The notes beneath the pieces were generated by a model. The model was not told the origin of the DNA, did not search any database, and saw nothing but the letters and a program-made list of their open reading frames with translations. Below are positions 39,986 to 45,890 of a stretch of DNA of 45,890 bases, piece after piece. This DNA comes from Prasinococcaceae sp. CCMP 1430 (lineage: Eukaryota > Plantae > Prasinodermophyta), in the NCBI GenBank assembly GCA_013416795.1, contig RQSC01000722.1:1-45890 (forward strand), in the 5' to 3' direction. Both the position numbers and the translations under genes were made by a program. Every line of letters begins with the position of its first letter. Within the stretch, counting starts at the first letter, position 1.

Positions 39986-40012
39986 GTGAGCGTGTGTGAG
40001 CGTGTGTGTGTG

Positions 40013-40048
<36 letters not shown>

Positions 40049-40099
40049 CGTGCGGCGCCACAGCGTGTGCGCGCGCGCGCGCGCTTTTTTGCGCGCGCG

Positions 40100-40684
40100 A
40101 TGACGCTGGCGAGCGAGGGCGCTGGGGTGTGCGACGGCGGCGTCGGCGCCGTCGCGGCGGCGGACTGCTGCGCCCGCTCCGACCGCTCGTGGACGTCGGT
40201 GTCCGCGGACGCCGGCTGCACGTCGGCGTCGGAGCTCGAGGCGCTCGCGTCGTACTCGGCCACCAGCGAGAGCGAGTGGGAGCGCGACGACCCCTGGGCG
40301 CCCCCCGCGCCGCCCGCGCGCCTCGCGACGCACGCGCACACACACACACACACACACACTGCGCACACACACGCGCACGCTGCGCACACACACACACACA
40401 CGCACGCACACACACACACCGCCCGCGTCGCCGCCCCCCGCGTGCCCCCCCGCGCGGCAGTCGCCTCGCCGCGGCCGAGGACGGCGCCGCCAGCGTCGCC
40501 CCCTGCGGCGTTCGCGCAGGGGCCGCCGCCCCGCGCGCGCAAGAGCCTCACGCAGGCGCTGCGCGACGACATGCGCGAGCTCACGACGTTCCTCGGCAGC
40601 GGTGCGGGCGCGGGCGCGCGCGTCGCGCGCGGCGTGAGGGAGGCGCGCGGGAGAGTCGCGACGGCTGACGCGTGCCACCTCTGA
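40100..40684 (+). CDS. Possible small hypothetical protein (Ser/Ala/Pro-rich), no recognised domain
   Basis: Host-like GC-rich codons either side of an in-frame CA tract (about 40330-40418): MTLASEGAG...[11 protein letters not shown] and ...[19 protein letters not shown]. No clean splice model found. Confidence 0.3.
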   Translation: MTLASEGAGVCDGGVGAVAAADCCARSDRSWTSVSADAGCTSASELEALASYSATSESEWERDDPWAPPAPPARLATHAHTHTHTHTAHTHAHAAHTHTHTHAHTHTARVAAPRVPPRAAVASPRPRTAPPASPPAAFAQGPPPRARKSLTQALRDDMRELTTFLGSGAGAGARVARGVREARGRVATADACHL

Positions 40685-40712
40685 CAAACATCGCCGCGAT
40701 CGCTCGCATGTG

Positions 40713-40736
40713 CCCGATTGCCACCGCAACGCACAC

Positions 40737-40791
<55 letters not shown>

Positions 40792-40859
40792 ACACACACA
40801 CACATTGCACACACACATGACCACACACACACAAGCCCGATTGCCACCGCAACGCACAC

Positions 40860-40917
<58 letters not shown>

Positions 40918-40960
40918 ACACACACACACATTGCACACACACATGACCACACACACACAT
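40713..40960. repeat. Tandem duplication of a ~123-bp unit containing a (TAC)18-19 microsatellite
   Basis: CCCGATTGCCACCGCAACGCACACC-(TAC)n-ACACACACATTGCACACACACATGACCACAC begins at 40713 and again at 40836. Confidence 0.9.
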
Positions 40961-41632
40961 TGCACAAATACACACACATTGCACCCACACACCCACACCC
41001 ACCCACATCCACCCACCCACCCACACACACACACAAACGCACACACAATCACACAAACGTGCACACGCACGCACGTCGCTCCGTCGCGCGTGCGCTGCAC
41101 CGCACACACACGCGCGCGCGCACACGCACGACCGCAACGCGCACGCGCTCGCAGCGGTGAGCGGCGTCGGCCGCATCGTGGCGCCGGAGCCCGGCAGCCT
41201 CTGACTGAGGGCCGCCTCTCTCTGCCCTCCGCCTTCGTGTCTCGGTGCCGAGGGTGAAAATCGATGCGGTGGTACTTCAGAAGTGTAAGAGCCAAGCGAA
41301 GCTTTGCGCGTGAAGTAAAGTGTCGTGCCGTGGGCTTCTAATGATGGGATGCCCCGTGTGCCGCGAAGATTGCGATGGGCGTTGTCGTTGTAGCGTTTCT
41401 CTCTACGAGCGTGCGCCAGGCGCTTCGTGGAAGCCACCGTTGTTGCCCTCCTTCTTCTGTGCGCGTGTGGGAATGCCTGCCTTGCGGTGGCCGTGCTCGT
41501 GCCGACCAACAGCACCCCGAAGCGCCTGTGTTCGACTGCGTATCTCTGTGCGCATGCGGACTCGGTGTCGGCGCCGACGTGCTGCGTTCGTTGCGTGCGT
41601 TGCGGTTGCAGTGCGTGCGCGCGGCGGCTTCG

Positions 41633-44600
41633 CTAGATGATTCGCATGATTCGCGCCCACGTCTGCTCGAGTTCAACCAGCTCGTCGCCCTCTGCTGTTC
41701 GCGCGCCGTCGCCGGCCCCGCGCTTGGCGGCGTCCCAGCTGGCAACGAGGACGTCCGCGGCGGCGTCGGCCGACGCTGCGGCGGCCGCCGCCTCCCCTCC
41801 GTCGTCGCCGCTGTCCACTCCGTCGCGTCGGCCGCATGCCCCGGCACCCTCCTCGACAGCAGCCCCGTTGCCATTGCTGCCGCCGGCGTCGGCCAGCAGC
41901 TCACCGAGGGGCACCCTGCCAACGCGCTCGCCGGCGGCGTGCAAGGCCATCACCTGCCTCGCGCGGGAGACGACGTTCGGGAGCACCCCCGCGCTCTGCG
42001 CGCACAGCAGGCCGAACGAGGACACCGTCAAGGACGCCGCGCCGGCCGCGATCGAGGACGGGTCGAGCGGCACCGCGCGGTAGAGGTACGCCACCGAGTC
42101 GCGCGGCGTCGGCGAAAAGGCGGCGACGCGGTCCGTCGGGCCGCCGCCTCGCGTGCCCGCCGCCGCGAAAGAACGCTGCTGCTGCGCACACGCCCCGTCG
42201 GCAGTACCAAACAAATCGTCGGCGCCGCCTCCTCCTCCTTCTCCTCCCCCTTCGCACACGACGACCTCCATGCGGCAAAAGCCGACGCGATCCGATGCGG
42301 GGCGCGCGTGCGGCTCGAGCAGCTCGGCGAAGTGCGTGCAGACCAGCGTCACCGGCGGCGTCCAGGACGGGGCGAGCCCGCGCACATGCGGCACGTCCAC
42401 CGCGTCCGTGCAGCCACCGGCCGATGCGGCAAACACAGCCGGGAGAGGGGCGCTCGCGCCCGACACGCGCGCGCGCTTGTTCCGCTGCTGCATCGCGTGC
42501 ATGCGACCGACCGGGCTGGTCACCTGCGACGGGCCGGGCGCCGTCGAGCCCGTCGTCTGCGAGCCGCCGAACGAGAGCGCGCGCAGCGGCTGTCGGCGAC
42601 GCTGGTGAGGCGCCTGCGGCTGGGTGTGCGGGCAAAAGGAGGTGCCCGCACCGCTCGTGCCGCCCCGGCGGCGATCAGCGTCGGCGGGATCGCCCGCCAT
42701 GGCGACGGCGCGGAGTTGCTGCGTAGGCGTGGCGACGACCACCGATGCGTCGCCTGCACCGCGCTGCTGCGCGGCGGCGGCGTGCTGCGGTGCGCCGGCA
42801 GGCGTGCCGGTCGCCAAACGGCAGTCGGCGCCGATCGCGGCGGCCGCCGCGGCCGCGCGCGGACCGTGCAGGCCGCCCGCAGCCAGGGCGCTCAGCGTGG
42901 CCGACAGGAGCCCGGCGCCGTCTGAGAACGCGGTGCCCTTGCCAAACTCGTCGATGAGGAGGAGCGAGCGCGGCGTGGCGTGGCGGAGCATCGCGCTCAC
43001 CTGCTCGAGATCCGCGGCAAAGGTGCTGCTCCCGCGCGGGTCGGCCGCCCCCCTGCGCGAGCACACACGGACCATGATGCGATCGAACACTCCCACCGTC
43101 GCAGCCTCGGCAGGAACGTACGAGCCGACGGCAGCCATGTATGCGATGAGCGCGCACTGGCGCGCGTACACGCTCTTGCCGCTGTAGTTCGGACCGAGGA
43201 TGACCTTGATGGGATGTCGCTGGCAGTCGATGCTGTTGGGTACGAAGGCGTGGCCAACCGAGAGCTCTTGCAGGGGATGCCGCCCGCCCGCTATGACGAG
43301 CGTGCCCGGGGTGTCCGTGATGTCCGGCCGGACGAAGGCGCGCTCGTGCGCCACCGTGGCGAGCGAGCACAGGGCATCCAGCTCGGCGCAGAAGGCGGCC
43401 GCGCGGCCGAGCGTCGGAGCGAACGCGCTGAGGCGACTCGCGAGATCGCTCAGCAGCGACGTCTCGAGGTCGCCGATGTCGTGCGCGACGTCGCCATATT
43501 CCTCGTCGAACTGGCGCGTCTTTTCGCACGCGTAAAAGAAGAGGCTCAGGATGGGCGCCGCGGGCGCCGATGCGCCGCTCGGGCCGCCGCGGCGTCGCCT
43601 CTCGTGCTGCTCTGACATGGTGGCCATCGTGTCCGCCGAGCGCGCGGCCATTGCCGCAGCGAAGGCCTCCCGCATCGCAACGCTGTCGGTCCGGCCGGCG
43701 CCCACGGACTCTGCTTGCGCGAGGTCCTCGTCGCTGCACGGGCCGCTCGCGAATGCGAATTGGAAGTCGACCAGAAAGTCCGCGACCTCCGAGCTCAGCG
43801 GGCGGGTGAGGCACACGGCGTACCCGACCTGCGGTATGTACTCGATGGACGCGTCCAGGAGCTCACGCGCGCCGCGCGACACGCGCTCGGGCACGCGCTG
43901 CCGGATCTCCCTGGCGAGCACGAGCGCGAGGGCGTCGGGCAGCGCGGCGGCCAGCTCGCGAAGCTCGTCTGCGTCGGGAACGGAGGCGGGGCGGCCGTCA
44001 GCATGGACTCGATTGTCGTTTGAGGCGCCACACATGTGCGTGCATGGCGAATGCCCCACGTCATTGCTTTCCCATCGTCAGCAAGGGAGGGGCGCGTGCA
44101 CATACGCGCGCCTCCGCGGCACCCGCTCGCGCGCGCTTTCTTTGAAACAACGCACCGAGCTCCTCGCACACGCCGCGGCAGATGGTCGGCGGCGCCTTGG
44201 ATGCTGTCCCCTTGCCGTAGGCGCGCGCCTCGCCCTGCGCGCCACCAATGTCGACATCGATGACGCGAAACGCTACGTCGGCGAGATCCTGCAGAGCACG
44301 CACGTCGATCTCGCGGGCCGCGGATCGCGTCAGTGGGTGCTCGGTCTGTCCTCCGACCGCCGCACAAAACGCAGCGTGCACGGCGGCCATCCCGCGCATG
44401 GCGCGCCCGAGCGTGGTCCAGTCGTGCTCGGACGTCGCAGCCCCGTGGGCGGCCATGCGCGCGAGCAGCTTTGGGACGTCCTGCAGAGGCCTCAGAGCGC
44501 CCGCGAGCGATTCGTGGAGCTGGGCGCAATCGAGCAAATGCTGCACGGCCTGCTGCCGCGCGCGGATGGCCCCCGCGTCGGCCAAGTGCAAGAGGAGCCA

Positions 44601-45815
44601 GCGGCGAAGGGTCGCGCGCCCCGCTCGCGTCACGCAGCGGTCGAGCAGCGAGAAAAGGCTGAATCCCTCCTTAAGCGCTTTGCCGACGCCCATGTCGGAG
44701 GGATGCCTGTCGTCTGTGAACACTTGCAGCGCACTCAGCGCGCTCACATCGACGTACATGAGGCCGCGGAAGCTCACCTCGCGCACGCGGCGGACGCACA
44801 TGCGTTCGCTTGTGTCGCCGCTGGCACGAGAGGAGGGCACTCGTCGCTGGGAGAACACCGCGCGGCGCACCGGCGAGTCGGGGGATCGCTCGAGCGCCAG
44901 CAGAAGGGCGCCGGCGGCGCGCACCTGCGCCTGCTGCGATGTGTCCAGGAGCGCGCGCACGCGCTGCCGCCGGTGCGCCTGCCTCTGGTGCCCGCCAGGC
45001 AGGCTCGCGTTGTAGCTGTGCTGCTGCTGCCGATGCTGGTGCTGCTGCGCGTGGCGATGCAGGCGACTCTGACCAGGGCCAGCGCTGCCTCCATCGCGGG
45101 CCCGTCCCTCGTCGCTGCCGTGTGGCCCGTGGCCGTCCCCATAATTCGTGGCAGATGCGGCGCACGGATTGTCGACATCGACGTGCAGGCACTCGAGCAC
45201 GCGCATGGCATCCTCGTACGCGAAGTAGGCGGAGGGCAGCAGCTGCACCGGCACGTGGCTATTGGTGCTTGCTACGTGTACACCATCGAGGCCACTGGTG
45301 TTGCGGTCGAGCGAGTCTGCCGCTGGCAGAGCGTCATTGCTGACGCGGCCGTCGGCGCTCGAGCCGCCGACGAGCGCCGCGGCGGCGGACGAGTCTGCGT
45401 GCGGCGGCGCCATCGTTTGCTGCGCGGCGCGACCATGGGTTTCCTGCGCGTCTGCGATGACACTCATTGGAGCCACGTACGCAGCGGGGTCGCCAATGCC
45501 CGCGTCGAGGGGCGCCTCCAGCGCCTCCAGCAACGCGTCGCTCGCCTTGGTCGACGCAAATATGAGCGACGGCCTCGCCTCGGCCTTGGCGAGCGCCACG
45601 CACCGCCAGCGACCCCCCGCAAACGGCGCGGTGACGTCCCGTGCGTTGCCTGCTTCGTCCCCACCGTCGTCGCCACTTCGTGGCTGCGGTCGCTCGGCGA
45701 GGCCGCCCCCACCGACGTCCTCGCCGCCGTCCTCGAACTCGCCCACGCGCAGCTCATCCCGCGCGGCGTCGACCCACGCGACGCCCACGCGCGCGCCCGC
45801 GGCGACCACGGCCAT
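41633..45815 (-). CDS. MSH5: MutS homolog 5 (meiotic MutS-gamma subunit); may extend 5' beyond 45815 and the window edge
   Basis: Exons 45815-44156 and 43968-41633, phase-1 intron 43969-44155, joining ICRGVCEEL/DELRELAAALP. MSH5-type ALSALQVFTDDRHPS...KEGFSLFSLLDRCVTRAG; Walker A GPNYSGKS; STFAADLEQV; Walker B LLIDEFGKGT; LVCTHF; SSFGLLCAQSAGV. No mismatch-recognition domain I seen. The frame is open upstream of the Met. Confidence 0.88.
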
Positions 45816-45890
45816 CGCGCAGCTGCCGCACGCCAGCCTCTGCCACTTGCGCGCACCTCGGCGCTGACTGGAGGCGTGCGCGCCGTGCGT

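Noticed and set aside
41320-41640. Cys-rich small ORF MGCPVCREDCDGRCRC (metallothionein or zinc-finger-like)
   Set aside because: It lies in the likely 3' region of MSH5 on the opposite strand, has atypical codon usage, and the Cys pattern is not sustained.

Overview
Eukaryotic nuclear DNA of very high GC content, most likely a green alga (plastid Cpn60-alpha, a phytocyanin, GT-AG introns, occasional TGTAA downstream of stops). The species cannot be fixed from sequence alone. About 14 protein genes can be traced, left to right: a 5'-truncated multi-pass membrane protein, RBM26/27, Cpn60-alpha, an NADPH:quinone reductase (MDR), an ankyrin protein, a cupin-DUF952 fusion, a C2 protein, an unknown protein with two copies of an unrecognised Cys/His domain, a plantacyanin-like blue copper protein, a secreted VOC/glyoxalase-like protein, RCC2, a 2OG-Fe(II) oxygenase, a BIRC6-like E2, an EF-hand EEP phosphatase/nuclease and MSH5. 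There is also an EF-G pseudogene fragment and one doubtful ORF. Most long ORFs in the supplied track are artefacts of (GT)n/(CA)n tracts or GC-rich antisense frames. The most striking structure is the intron architecture between about 8.6 and 29.3 kb: introns carry (UG)n next to the donor and complementary (CA)n next to the acceptor, I saw no reverse order in the confidently traced introns, and most lack a polypyrimidine tract. Other notable items are the tandem unknown domain, a CTAG/GTAC palindrome patch and a mosaic of gene fragments. The assembly has N gaps (16376-16467, 19621-19634, 28671-28699, 29953-30451, 33219-33341, single n at 1486 and 24309), so some frameshifts may be errors. No rRNA, tRNA, CRISPR array or intact transposase was recognised.
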